Source of the DNA: an uncultured cyanobacterium
Lineage (GTDB): Bacteria; Cyanobacteriota; Cyanobacteriia; Cyanobacteriales; Cyanobacteriaceae
Assembly: GCA_963749915.1 (NCBI GenBank)
Contig: CAVVOP010000008.1
Location: forward strand, 544,001-608,000
DNA length: 64,000 bases
Reading direction: 5' to 3'
Within the stretch, counting starts at the first letter, position 1. Every line of letters starts with the position of its first letter. Positions 27,792 to 38,024 of the stretch are shown here, one piece after another. The notes under the pieces were generated by a model that was not told where the DNA came from, did not search any database, and worked only from the letters and a program-made list of their open reading frames with translations. The translations under genes were made by a program, and so were the position numbers.

Positions 27792-29537
27792 CTAACTTAA
27801 AATTTCCTCTAATTGATGTTGTTGCCATAAAGATTTATATAAACCTTCTTGATAAAATAATTCTTCATGAGTACCTGATTGAACTATTTGACCAGTCTCC
27901 ATGACTAAAATACGATCGGCATTTTGTACCGCCGATAATTGGTGAGTAATAAAAATAACTGTTTTACCTTTTTCTTGTTTGAGGTTTTCTAAAATTTGAG
28001 TGGCGGTTTTATTATCAACACTAGAAAGGGCATCATCTAAAATTAAAATGGGGGCGTTGGCGAATAAAGCCCTAGCTAATGAACTACGTTGTCTCTGTCC
28101 ACCAGAAAGAGTTATACCTCGTTCTCCCACCAAAGTATCATATTTTTGCGGAAAAGTGATGATTTCTGGATGAATTTGAGCTTGTTTAGCAGCATATTCT
28201 ACTTCTCGCATATCCCCAACGGGATCACTATAGGCAATGTTATTTTTAATGGTAGTGGAGAATAAAAAACTGTCCTGAGGTACATAGGCGATCGCCTTAC
28301 GCAAATCTGTTAGTTTAATCTTGGTAATATCAATACCATCTAAAAATAATTGTCCGGGTTTTATATCTAATAGTCGGGGAATGGCATTGGCAAGGGTCGA
28401 TTTACCCGAACCAATTAGGCCTACAATAGCTACAGTTTCACCCTGATTAATAGTAAAATTCAGGTTATTTAATACAGGATGATTTCCATTGGGATAACTA
28501 AAATTCAGATTAACCGCAGTGATTTGTCCTTTAACTTCTTCTACCGGTAAATTGACCGAGGAAGGATTATCTTGTATCTTAGACTCAACTTGGGTAATAG
28601 ATTCAATACGATCGATACTAACTTCACCCCGTTGATAAGTGGTAATAGTAAAACCAAGTAAAGCAGTAGGAAAAACTAATCTTTCCACATAAATAATTAA
28701 GGCGATAAAATCACCCACGGTAATTAAACCTTTTTCAATATCAGCAGTACCAAACCACAGTAAAACTAATAAACTAATGTTAGCGATACCTTGAATAATG
28801 GGAAATAACAAATTTCTTGTTCGTGCTAACTTTAAATTAGCGTTTAATAAACGTTGATTTTTTTTGGCAAAAGCCTTTCTTTCGTTTTCTTCTTGAGCGT
28901 AAATTTTGATTAAAGAAATACCGCTCATATCTTCCTGAATTAACTCACTAATATCTGATAATTTTTCTTGTACTTTCAACTGTTCATCTCTTAACTTTCC
29001 GCTAAACAACTGAACTGTAAATAACATTAAGGGATAAATAGATAAAGCCATTAAACTTAATCTTACATTGATTAAGAGCATGGCGGGCAAAGTTAAACTA
29101 TAGGCAAAAATGGTATTTATTATACTCAGAATAGCAAAGCCAACTAAACGGCGAATATTATCCACATCACTGGTGGCACGATTAATTAAATCTCCTGAGG
29201 TATTAACATTAAAATAAGCGGGTTCTAATTTTAATAAATGTTCAAAAATACGTTGTTTTAAATCAAATTCTACCTGTCTGCCAATGCCAAAAATTATGAC
29301 TCTGGAAAACATACGAATGCCCCACATTATACAAGCTAAAATAAACAGAAGAATAACATAACTGATGAGAGTTTCATAAGCAAAATTATCCTGTAAATCA
29401 TCAAAAATACTGCGGATTAGCCAAGGAATATAAACCCCGATAATATTCACCAACAATAAAGCAGAGGTTCCCCAATATAACTTACCAATATGAGGTTTCA
29501 GGTAAGAGATTAATTTATTAAATCGAGAATTAGCCAT
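27792..29537 (-). CDS. ABC transporter, fused permease/ATP-binding (MdlA-like)
   Basis: TM domain, GLIGSGKST, LSGGQRQR, ILILDD. Confidence 0.92.
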   Translation of the reverse strand: MANSRFNKLISYLKPHIGKLYWGTSALLLVNIIGVYIPWLIRSIFDDLQDNFAYETLISYVILLFILACIMWGIRMFSRVIIFGIGRQVEFDLKQRIFEHLLKLEPAYFNVNTSGDLINRATSDVDNIRRLVGFAILSIINTIFAYSLTLPAMLLINVRLSLMALSIYPLMLFTVQLFSGKLRDEQLKVQEKLSDISELIQEDMSGISLIKIYAQEENERKAFAKKNQRLLNANLKLARTRNLLFPIIQGIANISLLVLLWFGTADIEKGLITVGDFIALIIYVERLVFPTALLGFTITTYQRGEVSIDRIESITQVESKIQDNPSSVNLPVEEVKGQITAVNLNFSYPNGNHPVLNNLNFTINQGETVAIVGLIGSGKSTLANAIPRLLDIKPGQLFLDGIDITKIKLTDLRKAIAYVPQDSFLFSTTIKNNIAYSDPVGDMREVEYAAKQAQIHPEIITFPQKYDTLVGERGITLSGGQRQRSSLARALFANAPILILDDALSSVDNKTATQILENLKQEKGKTVIFITHQLSAVQNADRILVMETGQIVQSGTHEELFYQEGLYKSLWQQHQLEEILS

Positions 29538-29603
29538 GGAGTTTCAATTGATAATTGACTAAATTTTTTCTGCCATTGTTGGTTGAAAATTAGTTACTAA
29601 TTA

Positions 29604-30326
29604 CTAATATGCACCGCTATTTTTCGGGAAAAGAACAACCCCAATAGTTTTGAGTATAATCCAAATATCTAATAACCAGTTATGATGATTGACATAATAA
29701 ACATCAATGAGGACTCTTTGGGGATAAGGGATGTCATTTCGTCCTGATACCTGCCATAATCCAGTAATGCCGGGTTTTATGGTCAAAACTCGATCCATTT
29801 TACTACCATATTTATGTAACTCATCAGGTACAAGAGGACGAGGACCCACTACAGTCATATCACCTTTTAAAACATTGAAGAATTGCGGAAATTCATCCAA
29901 ACTTGTCCAACGTAAAAATTTACCAATCCAGGTAATGCGTGGATCGTCTTTAAGTTTAAAATTATCTTCAAATTCTTGGCGCTTTTCTGGATATCGTGCC
30001 AACATTCCCTCTAAAACTTGATCTGCATTGACTACCATAGTTCTAAATTTAATACATTTAAACCGTTTAAAGTTCCTGCCGACTCTTTCCTGACTGTAAA
30101 AAATAGGTCCGGGAGAGGCAAAAGCAACTAAAATGCTCAAAATTAGATACAGTGGCGAAAAAACCACTAAGACAAAAACAGAAAAAATAATATCAAAGCT
30201 ACGTTTATAAAATTCCTTGGTAATTCTTATTTGTTCTCGATTCGGCTGACGAGATATACTAATTAATCCCCGTCTTGCCAAACCTTGAATTACCTTTACG
30301 GAAACAAGTTGGCTATTTGCTGTCAT
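29604..30326 (-). CDS. Priming sugar transferase (Bac_transf, HepC/WcaJ-like)
   Basis: KRSFDI, KFRTM, DDPRIT..GKFLR.TSLDE.PQ, GPRP, PGITGLWQVSGR. Confidence 0.92.
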   Translation of the reverse strand: MTANSQLVSVKVIQGLARRGLISISRQPNREQIRITKEFYKRSFDIIFSVFVLVVFSPLYLILSILVAFASPGPIFYSQERVGRNFKRFKCIKFRTMVVNADQVLEGMLARYPEKRQEFEDNFKLKDDPRITWIGKFLRWTSLDEFPQFFNVLKGDMTVVGPRPLVPDELHKYGSKMDRVLTIKPGITGLWQVSGRNDIPYPQRVLIDVYYVNHHNWLLDIWIILKTIGVVLFPKNSGAY

Positions 30327-30518
30327 TTTACTCCTTCACTTCACACCATGAATAATTAACAATCAAGTTGTTGTCTAGTATTGTAAAACTTTTTTGATTC
30401 TATGGACAAAAAATTCATAGAATAAGTTTGCTTAAAAACTTTTGCCCTAAATTTTTCAGTTTGAAGACAACAACTAAACAACTAAAGGTAGTTTTAATTT
30501 TTCTCAAACTGCTTATAT

Positions 30519-30878
30519 TTAAAAGTTACCATCATTCTTCTGGCTATAATTTTCATTATCTTGTTTGGATCCCAATAAATCAAGATTAGTAACTCTAATT
30601 ATTGGTTTTGAACGTTTATCCCCTGTATTGCGATCGCTCCATGTATCAATTTTTAACGATCCTTGAATACCCACTAAACTACCCTTTTTAACATAATTAG
30701 CCGCAATTTCAGCAGTTTTTTCCCAAATTTCCAACTCAAACCAATCTGGCTGATCATCTTTTTTACTGCGACGATTAACGGCAATATTAAACTTACATAA
30801 AATTTTCCCATTATCGAAATAGCGCACTTCTGGATTTGAACCGGCACGCCCTACTAAATGTACTATGTTTAAGCTCAT
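30519..30878 (-). CDS. ssb: Single-stranded DNA-binding protein
   Basis: LVGRAG.NPEVRYF, W.KTAE.AANYV.KGSL.G.QG.L. Confidence 0.93.
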   Translation of the reverse strand: MSLNIVHLVGRAGSNPEVRYFDNGKILCKFNIAVNRRSKKDDQPDWFELEIWEKTAEIAANYVKKGSLVGIQGSLKIDTWSDRNTGDKRSKPIIRVTNLDLLGSKQDNENYSQKNDGNF

Positions 30879-30885
30879 GGTTTTG

Positions 30886-30899
30886 CGTATAAATGTACT
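30886..30899 (-). promoter_or_regulatory. Candidate cyanobacterial LexA box upstream of ssb
   Basis: AGTACATTTATACG matches RGTACNNNDGTWCB with one mismatch, 7 nt upstream of the ssb ATG. Confidence 0.55.
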
Positions 30900-30932
30900 A
30901 AACGAAATTGAAATTATTCTATCACAATACCG

Positions 30933-31030
30933 ATGAATATGTCAGTTACAATGAGGGAAAAATATATTACTGATGTTGAAGGTAATTCCATTGAAGTTTT
31001 TTAGATATAAAATATTATCAAACATTTTCA
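30933..31030 (+). pseudogene. Remnant of a small antitoxin-like gene
   Basis: MNMSVTMREKYITDVEGNSIEVF*, continuing out of frame as LDIKYYQ. It resembles the YITDxxGxxxxVxLDxxxY small-protein family. Confidence 0.4.
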
Positions 31031-31139
31031 GATATCGTTGATTTTATGCTAGATTTTCTTAGTTAAAAATTTATATTAGAGTCTTCTTTGTACATCAAAC
31101 ATTAAAATCAGAATTCATATAAAAATTGAGGATATAAAA

Positions 31140-32171
31140 ATGGGTTTATTCGATCGTTTATCGGAATCGCAGGATATGGGCATAGATTTAGGTACCGCTA
31201 ATACCTTAATTTATATACCGGGAAAAGACATTGTTTTAGATGAACCTTCTGTCATCGCCATTGATGATGATAAAAATGAAGCTATCGCCGTTGGCAAAGA
31301 AGCACAAAAAATGTTAGGACGGACTCCCCAAAATGTGAGAACAATTCGCCCCTTAAAGGACGGTGTGATCACTGATGTTAAAGAAACTGAGATGATGCTC
31401 AGAGAATTTATAAAAAAAGCTAGAGGAAATAATAATCTAACTCGTTCCCGTATCATTATAGGCGTACCTAGTGGTATTACTTCGGTGGAAAGAAAAGCCG
31501 TGGAAGAAGCCATGGAAACATCAGGGGCGATCGATAATATAGAATTTATAGATGAACCCGTAGCCGCCGCTATTGGTGCAGGATTGCCCGTTGATGAGCC
31601 TGTGGGTAGTATGATAGTCGATATAGGAGGGGGGACAACAGAAGTGGCCGTATTAAGCCTTCAAGGCATCGTTTTGAGCGACTCCGTGAGGATAGCAGGG
31701 GATGAAGTCAGTGAAGCCATTAAACGTTACCTAAAAAGATCCTATAATTTAATAATAGGAGAAAGAACTTCGGAACAAATTAAAATACAAATTGGATCGG
31801 TCTATCCCACTGAGAATGATAAAGAGGCAATGGAAATTAGAGGCTTAAATATCGTCTCAGGATTGCCCAAAACCGTTACCATTACTGTAGAGGAAATTAG
31901 AGAATGTATCGCCGACACCGTTGAATTAATGATTGATGCCATCAAAAAAATTCTCGAACAAACCCCCCCCGAATTGGCAGGAGATATTATTGATCGGGGT
32001 ATCATGTTAGCCGGAGGAGGTGCATTACTTAAGGGTTTAGATAGTCTCATCGCCAATGAAACGGGAATCATAACCCATATTGCCCCAAATCCCCTTAAAT
32101 GCGTTGTCTATGGTACTGGTAAAGTATTAGAAGATTACGAGCGATTAGGAAGGGCAAGTCGTAAAAAGTGA
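31140..32171 (+). CDS. mreB: Rod shape-determining protein MreB
   Basis: GIDLGTANT, IRPLKDGVI, EPVAAAIGAGL, DIGGGTTEVA, LAGGGALL. Confidence 0.95.
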   Translation: MGLFDRLSESQDMGIDLGTANTLIYIPGKDIVLDEPSVIAIDDDKNEAIAVGKEAQKMLGRTPQNVRTIRPLKDGVITDVKETEMMLREFIKKARGNNNLTRSRIIIGVPSGITSVERKAVEEAMETSGAIDNIEFIDEPVAAAIGAGLPVDEPVGSMIVDIGGGTTEVAVLSLQGIVLSDSVRIAGDEVSEAIKRYLKRSYNLIIGERTSEQIKIQIGSVYPTENDKEAMEIRGLNIVSGLPKTVTITVEEIRECIADTVELMIDAIKKILEQTPPELAGDIIDRGIMLAGGGALLKGLDSLIANETGIITHIAPNPLKCVVYGTGKVLEDYERLGRASRKK

Positions 32172-32283
32172 GTAAAGACAAGTGTATAGGGGGATAGCAT
32201 GGAAGAGGAGAAGAGAAAAAATTCAACTTTTGCCTTTTATCCTTACTAGTACCTGTTCAATTTTAGAAAATAAGAGAAAAAAT

Positions 32284-33285
32284 ATGGGTGCAAACGATTA
32301 CAAAGATTATTATTCAGTATTAGGAGTTAGCAAAACTGCCACTCCAGAGGAGATTAAAAAAGCCTTTCGTAAATTAGCCGTAAAATATCATCCTGACAGA
32401 AACCCTGAGAATAAAGCTGCCGAAGAAAAATTCAAAGGGATTAGTGAAGCCTACGAAGTTTTAGGGGATACAGACAAACGCAAAAAATATGATCAATTTG
32501 GGCGTTATTGGCAATCAGCATCATCGGGAAGTCGGCAATCCCCTTGGGGAAAAACCACCTCCAGAAATTCTAACGTTAATGTCAATAACTTTGATTTTGG
32601 TAATTATGGCAGTTTTGATGACTTTATCAATGATTTATTAGGGCGTCCATTTCCTAACACTAACCCTGGAAGCGATGGCACTAGGACATCTGGATTTTCT
32701 TCGGGGAATACAGGTTTTGGCACAGGAACTCAATCCTCCACCGCCAAAGGGAACGACACTGAGAAAAATATTACCCTCACCTATAGCCAAGCCTATCATG
32801 GCCTAGAAACTAAGCTTAATTTAGGTACAGGAAATATTAGTGTGAAGATCCCCTCTGGTGCCAAAAACGGTACTAAAATTAGATTAAGAGGGAAAGGACA
32901 AGTTAATTCTCTCACGAAACAAAGAGGTGATCTTTATCTGAAAGTAGAGTTAAAACCTCATGATTTTTTTCAGTTTGAAGATGATAAATTAGTATGTGAA
33001 GTGCCAATTACTCCCTATGAAGCTGTTTTAGGTGGTGAAATTAATGTGCCTACCCCCACAGGAGAAGTGAAGGTTAAAATTCCTTCAGGTATTCGTCATG
33101 GTCAATCTTTAAGACTCAAGGGTAAAGGGTGGAGTAGTGCTAAAGGTGATTATGGTGATTTACTGGTTAAAGTTGCCATCACTACTCCTAATAATGTCAC
33201 GACCCAAGAAAAAGAATATTATGAAAAAATTAGAGAGATAAGTAAAGATAACCCCCGATCCTATTTAAGGAAAGTTCAATTATAA
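32284..33285 (+). CDS. DnaJ-class chaperone without zinc finger (CbpA-like)
   Basis: J-domain KDYY...KYHPDRN, G/F-rich linker and DnaJ C-terminal domain; start set at ATG 32284. Confidence 0.9.
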   Translation: MGANDYKDYYSVLGVSKTATPEEIKKAFRKLAVKYHPDRNPENKAAEEKFKGISEAYEVLGDTDKRKKYDQFGRYWQSASSGSRQSPWGKTTSRNSNVNVNNFDFGNYGSFDDFINDLLGRPFPNTNPGSDGTRTSGFSSGNTGFGTGTQSSTAKGNDTEKNITLTYSQAYHGLETKLNLGTGNISVKIPSGAKNGTKIRLRGKGQVNSLTKQRGDLYLKVELKPHDFFQFEDDKLVCEVPITPYEAVLGGEINVPTPTGEVKVKIPSGIRHGQSLRLKGKGWSSAKGDYGDLLVKVAITTPNNVTTQEKEYYEKIREISKDNPRSYLRKVQL

Positions 33286-33400
33286 ACAAATGAATAACAG
33301 AAAGAGTAATAAGTTCATGACTATAGTTGACAGTTAATCGTTAAGATAGGTAATCAATCAATTTTTTATTATTATTCATTGCCAATTGCTAATTACTCAG

Positions 33401-35224
33401 ATGGAATCTTTAATTGCTGGACGTTATCAAATTATTAATACTTTAGCTCAAGGAGGCTTTGGGGAGACTTTTTTGGCTAGAGATACTCATATGCCTTCTC
33501 AACGGTTGATTGTCATCAAACGTCTTAAGCCGATTAATTCTCAACATCGGGTATCAGCAGAAATCATTGAAGATTTATTTCAAAAAGAAGCCCAAGTATT
33601 AGAAGATTTAGGACAACATTGCTCAGAAATTCCCACTTTATACGCCTATTTTACGGATAACGATCGATTTTACCTTGTGCAAGAGTATGTTGAGGGTAAA
33701 AGTTTAGCGGAGTTGGGTCTTATTAATTGTTCTCAGTGTCACGATATTTTATCATCCCTACTCAAAACCCTTCAATATATCCACAGCAAAAAAATTATTC
33801 ACCGAGACATTAAACCTGAAAATATTATTATCCGCAGTCAAGACAATAAACCTGTCCTCATCGATTTTGGTGCGGTGAAGGAAACGATGGGAACAGTAGC
33901 CCTAGGAACGGGATCCATGGTAAGCTCTATTATCGTTGGTACTAAAGGATTTATGCCTCCTGAGCAAAGTACGGGAAGAACTCTTTATAGTAGCGATTTG
34001 TTTGCTTTAGGTTTAACCATGATCTACAGTTTAACGGGTAAATATCCCATCGAATTTCCTAGTAATTCCTTGAATGGTCAATTAGAATGGGCTAATTATG
34101 TACCTAATTTAGATCCATTATTGCAAACCGTACTAGAAAAGGCTACGAAAATTGATTTGAGTCAACGTTACACTACCGCCGATCAGATGTATCAAGACTT
34201 ATATTTAAGTGCTATTAAAACTGTAGCGGCAATCCCCCAACGTAAAAATATCCCCGTTGCCTCTCCTTCCACTGGTATCGAATCCCACACCTTTGCCATT
34301 ACTAGAGATCAACTTTACCCACAATCTCAATCGTTTTCTCCTCAACCTGCCTCTAAGCCTCGTTATACCCCTCAATCTGTCTTAAAAACTCGTCATACTC
34401 CTCAACCTGCCTCTAAACCTCGTTATACCCCTCAATCTACCTCAAATACTAGTTATACCCCCCAACGGGTTTCTCAGTCTGTCCACGAAGATAGCAATAT
34501 CAGAGAAAATAATGGAAATAATTGGCTACCCTTAATTTTAAGTGCAGTAATAGCAGGAATTGCGGTATCGGCAGGGTTTGTTTTTACCGAGTATATTCAA
34601 CAAACCCAGGCAGAATTAGCTAATATTGAAAGACTGAAGCAGGAAACTGAAGCTAAACTGGCTGAAGGCCAGAAAAAACTCGAAGAAGAGGCAAAAAAAC
34701 GCTTAGAAGCCGAGAAATTGCGGCAACAAGCAGAATCTCAAAGAATAAGGGCGGAAGAATTAAGACGACAGGCGGAGGAAAAAGCCCAAGGTCAACCTCA
34801 AAATCAAGCCGAAAGTCCACCAGTTATTAATAATACAGAGCAAAATTCTGATAATACCATTAACGATAATGCGATCGCCAATAATGATTCTCAAGGCATT
34901 GATAAAAATGAAGCTATCGCGACTATTCAACAATTATATGATTTAGTGTCCCAGAAAAAATATGATCAAGCTAAGAATTTATTTGCTAATCCCAACGATT
35001 TAGACCTAACATTTTTTGATCAATTTAATCAAGTAACCGTCGAAAATTTCTTAGAATTAAAGCAAGATGAAAAATCAATCATCATAACTGCTCAAAATAC
35101 TTATTTTTATCCTGATGGTTCAACTCAAAAAGAAGAGAGAAACTATATTTTAGAAAGAATAGATAACTCTTTAAAAATTGCCAAATCTAGTTTTATTAAA
35201 GTAATAGAAGGAAGAAATAACTAA
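33401..35224 (+). CDS. Hanks-type Ser/Thr protein kinase with TM helix, coiled coil and extracytoplasmic domain
   Basis: LAQGGFGET, HRDIKPEN, DFG, SDLFALG, and TM WLPLILSAVIAGIAVSAGFVF. Confidence 0.93.
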   Translation: MESLIAGRYQIINTLAQGGFGETFLARDTHMPSQRLIVIKRLKPINSQHRVSAEIIEDLFQKEAQVLEDLGQHCSEIPTLYAYFTDNDRFYLVQEYVEGKSLAELGLINCSQCHDILSSLLKTLQYIHSKKIIHRDIKPENIIIRSQDNKPVLIDFGAVKETMGTVALGTGSMVSSIIVGTKGFMPPEQSTGRTLYSSDLFALGLTMIYSLTGKYPIEFPSNSLNGQLEWANYVPNLDPLLQTVLEKATKIDLSQRYTTADQMYQDLYLSAIKTVAAIPQRKNIPVASPSTGIESHTFAITRDQLYPQSQSFSPQPASKPRYTPQSVLKTRHTPQPASKPRYTPQSTSNTSYTPQRVSQSVHEDSNIRENNGNNWLPLILSAVIAGIAVSAGFVFTEYIQQTQAELANIERLKQETEAKLAEGQKKLEEEAKKRLEAEKLRQQAESQRIRAEELRRQAEEKAQGQPQNQAESPPVINNTEQNSDNTINDNAIANNDSQGIDKNEAIATIQQLYDLVSQKKYDQAKNLFANPNDLDLTFFDQFNQVTVENFLELKQDEKSIIITAQNTYFYPDGSTQKEERNYILERIDNSLKIAKSSFIKVIEGRNN

Positions 35225-35347
35225 AATGGGTTCTGACTTCTGAGACTAATAATTTATTAATTAATTAATAAATTATTAAAAAGGATTAAAAGTATTTCCT
35301 GTTTCCTACCCTGACCAAAACACTTTTTCAGCAAACTCTAATTAATA

Positions 35348-36085
35348 ATGATTTTTGAGTCTATTTCTACACAACTTTATCAACTACAGCAACTAGCCAA
35401 TCAATTAGTAAATAATCAATTAAATCAACTAAGTGTTTTTAGTGTTGCTATTATTTTACTCACAGGATTAATCACCAGTTTAACCCCTTGTATGTTGTCG
35501 ATGCTTCCCCTCACCGTTGCTTATATCGGCGGTTATGACAATAAGGGCAAGTTTTCTTCCTTGATACAATCCACCTATTTCGCCATTGGTTTAGCCACTA
35601 CTTTAGCTATTTTAGGAATTGTTGCGGCATTATTGGGAAAAGTTTACGGGCAAATCGGCACAGGTTTGCCCATTTTTGTGAGTGGCATCGCCATTATCAT
35701 GGGATTAAATCTATTAGAAATAGTACCTTTAAAATTTCCTAGTTGGGATAATTCAAATTGGATAAAAGATAACTTTCCCGATAGTTTAAAATCCTATGTA
35801 TTAGGGTTAACATTTGGTTTGATTGCTTCTCCTTGCAGTACCCCAGTTTTGATAACATTACTTGCTTATATCGCTAACAGTCAAAATTTTATTTTAGGTA
35901 GTGTTTTTCTTGGTAGTTATGCAATGGGCTATGTTTTCCCCTTAATTTTAGTAGGTACGTTTACAGGAACATTAAAAAGTCTTCTAGATTTAAGAATAAT
36001 TACCCAATGGATAAATCCCTTAAGTGGGGGAGTTTTATTAGTATTTGGAATCTTTTCTTTAGCCTCCCATTTTAACATCAATTAA
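35348..36085 (+). CDS. ccdA: Cytochrome c biogenesis protein CcdA
   Basis: TSLTPCMLSMLP and ASPCSTPVL cysteine motifs in a multi-TM protein. Confidence 0.92.
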   Translation: MIFESISTQLYQLQQLANQLVNNQLNQLSVFSVAIILLTGLITSLTPCMLSMLPLTVAYIGGYDNKGKFSSLIQSTYFAIGLATTLAILGIVAALLGKVYGQIGTGLPIFVSGIAIIMGLNLLEIVPLKFPSWDNSNWIKDNFPDSLKSYVLGLTFGLIASPCSTPVLITLLAYIANSQNFILGSVFLGSYAMGYVFPLILVGTFTGTLKSLLDLRIITQWINPLSGGVLLVFGIFSLASHFNIN

Positions 36086-36253
36086 TAGTTGATCCACAAG
36101 GGCAAACTCTCCGTTCGCTTATTTATTTCCACAAGCTACAAAATAATTAACTGTATCAATCAGGGTTATTCGTCCACTCATCGCTAACATTGCACATCAG
36201 AATTAACAGGACTAATTCTGATGACATTCTTGCCCAAATTTAGGGCTGAAGGC

Positions 36254-37738
36254 TCAACTATTTAATTTGGCATTGAGAATTTTATTAGCTAATTTAGGAT
36301 CAGCTTTTCCACCTGTTTCCTTCATAATTTGCCCTACAAAAAATCCTTGTAATTTAGTTTTTCCTGCTCTAAATTGTTCTAGCTTGTCAGGATTAGCGGC
36401 AATAATTTTATCAATAATTTCTGTTAATTCATCAGGATTAGAAATGGCAATTAGACCCTTACTTTCGACAATTTCTTTAGGAGATCCGCCTTTTTCTAAT
36501 AATTCAAAGAGCAAATCTTTTGCAATTTTACCACTGATTGTGCCGTTTTCAATTAAGGTAATTAACTCCGCTAACATCTCAGGTTTTAAGGCAATATCCT
36601 TTATGGTAACTCCAACGTTACTATTTAAATAAGCCGCAATATCCTGTGTCACCCAGTTAGCCGCCGCTTTGACACTCGCACCCCCAGCTACTACGGCCTC
36701 AAAATAAAGCGTTACATCTCGATCATCCGTTAAAACTCTGGCATCATAGGCAGATAAGCCAAATTCACCTTCGTAACGGCCACGTTTTTGGGCTGGTAAT
36801 TCGGGTAAAACCTTTTGTAAGTGTTCTAGTTGTGCCTCTGTGACTTCTAAAGGCGGTAGATCAGGTTCAGGGAAATAACGATAATCGCTTAAACCTTCTT
36901 TCACCCTCATACTAATGGTGCGTTGACTACTTTCTTCCCACAAACGAGTTTCTTGGATTATCGGCTCGCCATCACCGATCGCTTCGATTTGTCTTTCAAT
37001 TTCATACTCAATGGCTTTTTGAATGGCACTAAAGGAATTCATATTTTTAATTTCGACTTTGACACCGAACTCTTTTTGACCCACAGGACGCACGGAAATA
37101 TTAACATCGCAACGTAATGATCCCTCCTGCATATTACCGTCACTGATGCCTAAATAACGCACTAAACGGCGCAATTCTTGGGCGTATTCGGCGGCTTCTT
37201 GACCACTTCTTAAGTCAGGTTCGGACACAATTTCTAATAATGGCACACCTGTTCTATTAAAATCTACCAGAGAATGGGTTGATCCCGCTAATCGATCGCT
37301 TCCTGCATGAACTAATTTTCCTGCATCTTCCTCCATGTGTAGGCGAGTGATGCCGATGGTTTTTTTGCTGACTTCTTTGGTTTTCGCATCTACCAATTCT
37401 ATTTCCAACTTGCCATGTTCGACAATGGGTAAGTCGTATTGAGATATTTGATAATTTTTCGGTAAGTCAGGATAAAAATATTGTTTGCGATCGAATTTAC
37501 TATAACGGGCAATTTCTCCTTGAATGGCTAAACCCATTTTGATGGCGGAGTTTAACACTTCTTCATTCAACACAGGCAAAACTCCTGGATGTCCTAAACA
37601 GACAGGACAAACATTAGTATTAGGAGGACTATCAAAATTAGTGGAACAACTACAGAAAATTTTAGTATTAGTATTAAGTTGACAATGAGTTTCTAAACCA
37701 ATAATAGCTTGATACTTGGTTTGAATAGCTGTGGTCAT
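36254..37738 (-). CDS. gatB: Asp/Glu-tRNA amidotransferase subunit B
   Basis: IGLETHCQL, FDRKQYFYPDLPKNYQISQ, YRYFPEPDL. Confidence 0.97.
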   Translation of the reverse strand: MTTAIQTKYQAIIGLETHCQLNTNTKIFCSCSTNFDSPPNTNVCPVCLGHPGVLPVLNEEVLNSAIKMGLAIQGEIARYSKFDRKQYFYPDLPKNYQISQYDLPIVEHGKLEIELVDAKTKEVSKKTIGITRLHMEEDAGKLVHAGSDRLAGSTHSLVDFNRTGVPLLEIVSEPDLRSGQEAAEYAQELRRLVRYLGISDGNMQEGSLRCDVNISVRPVGQKEFGVKVEIKNMNSFSAIQKAIEYEIERQIEAIGDGEPIIQETRLWEESSQRTISMRVKEGLSDYRYFPEPDLPPLEVTEAQLEHLQKVLPELPAQKRGRYEGEFGLSAYDARVLTDDRDVTLYFEAVVAGGASVKAAANWVTQDIAAYLNSNVGVTIKDIALKPEMLAELITLIENGTISGKIAKDLLFELLEKGGSPKEIVESKGLIAISNPDELTEIIDKIIAANPDKLEQFRAGKTKLQGFFVGQIMKETGGKADPKLANKILNAKLNS

Positions 37739-38024
37739 ATTTTCAGTAAGTATTAATTATATCTCGAACTTATTTTAACTCGAATTGTTTCTATAGCAAT
37801 TCTAACGTTTCAGCTTTATTGTTACATTAAATTCCCGTAAGTGGTTTTAATATAACAATTTTAGAAATTATTGTAAGTATTTAAGTATTATATTAATTTT
37901 AGTAATAAGTACTTCATTCTCAGCGATCGAGACCAAAAAGCAACATCACCAATAATTTTGCTTCTCAACAATACCAATTACAAGTATTTAACTTGAACCA
38001 ATTTTCTGAGGATTGATCTTATCT

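Noticed and set aside
37790..38000. Possible sRNA or MITE in the gatB upstream region (and at 49215-49560)
   Set aside because: AT-rich with only short repeats (aagtattta); I could not define termini or a convincing structure.
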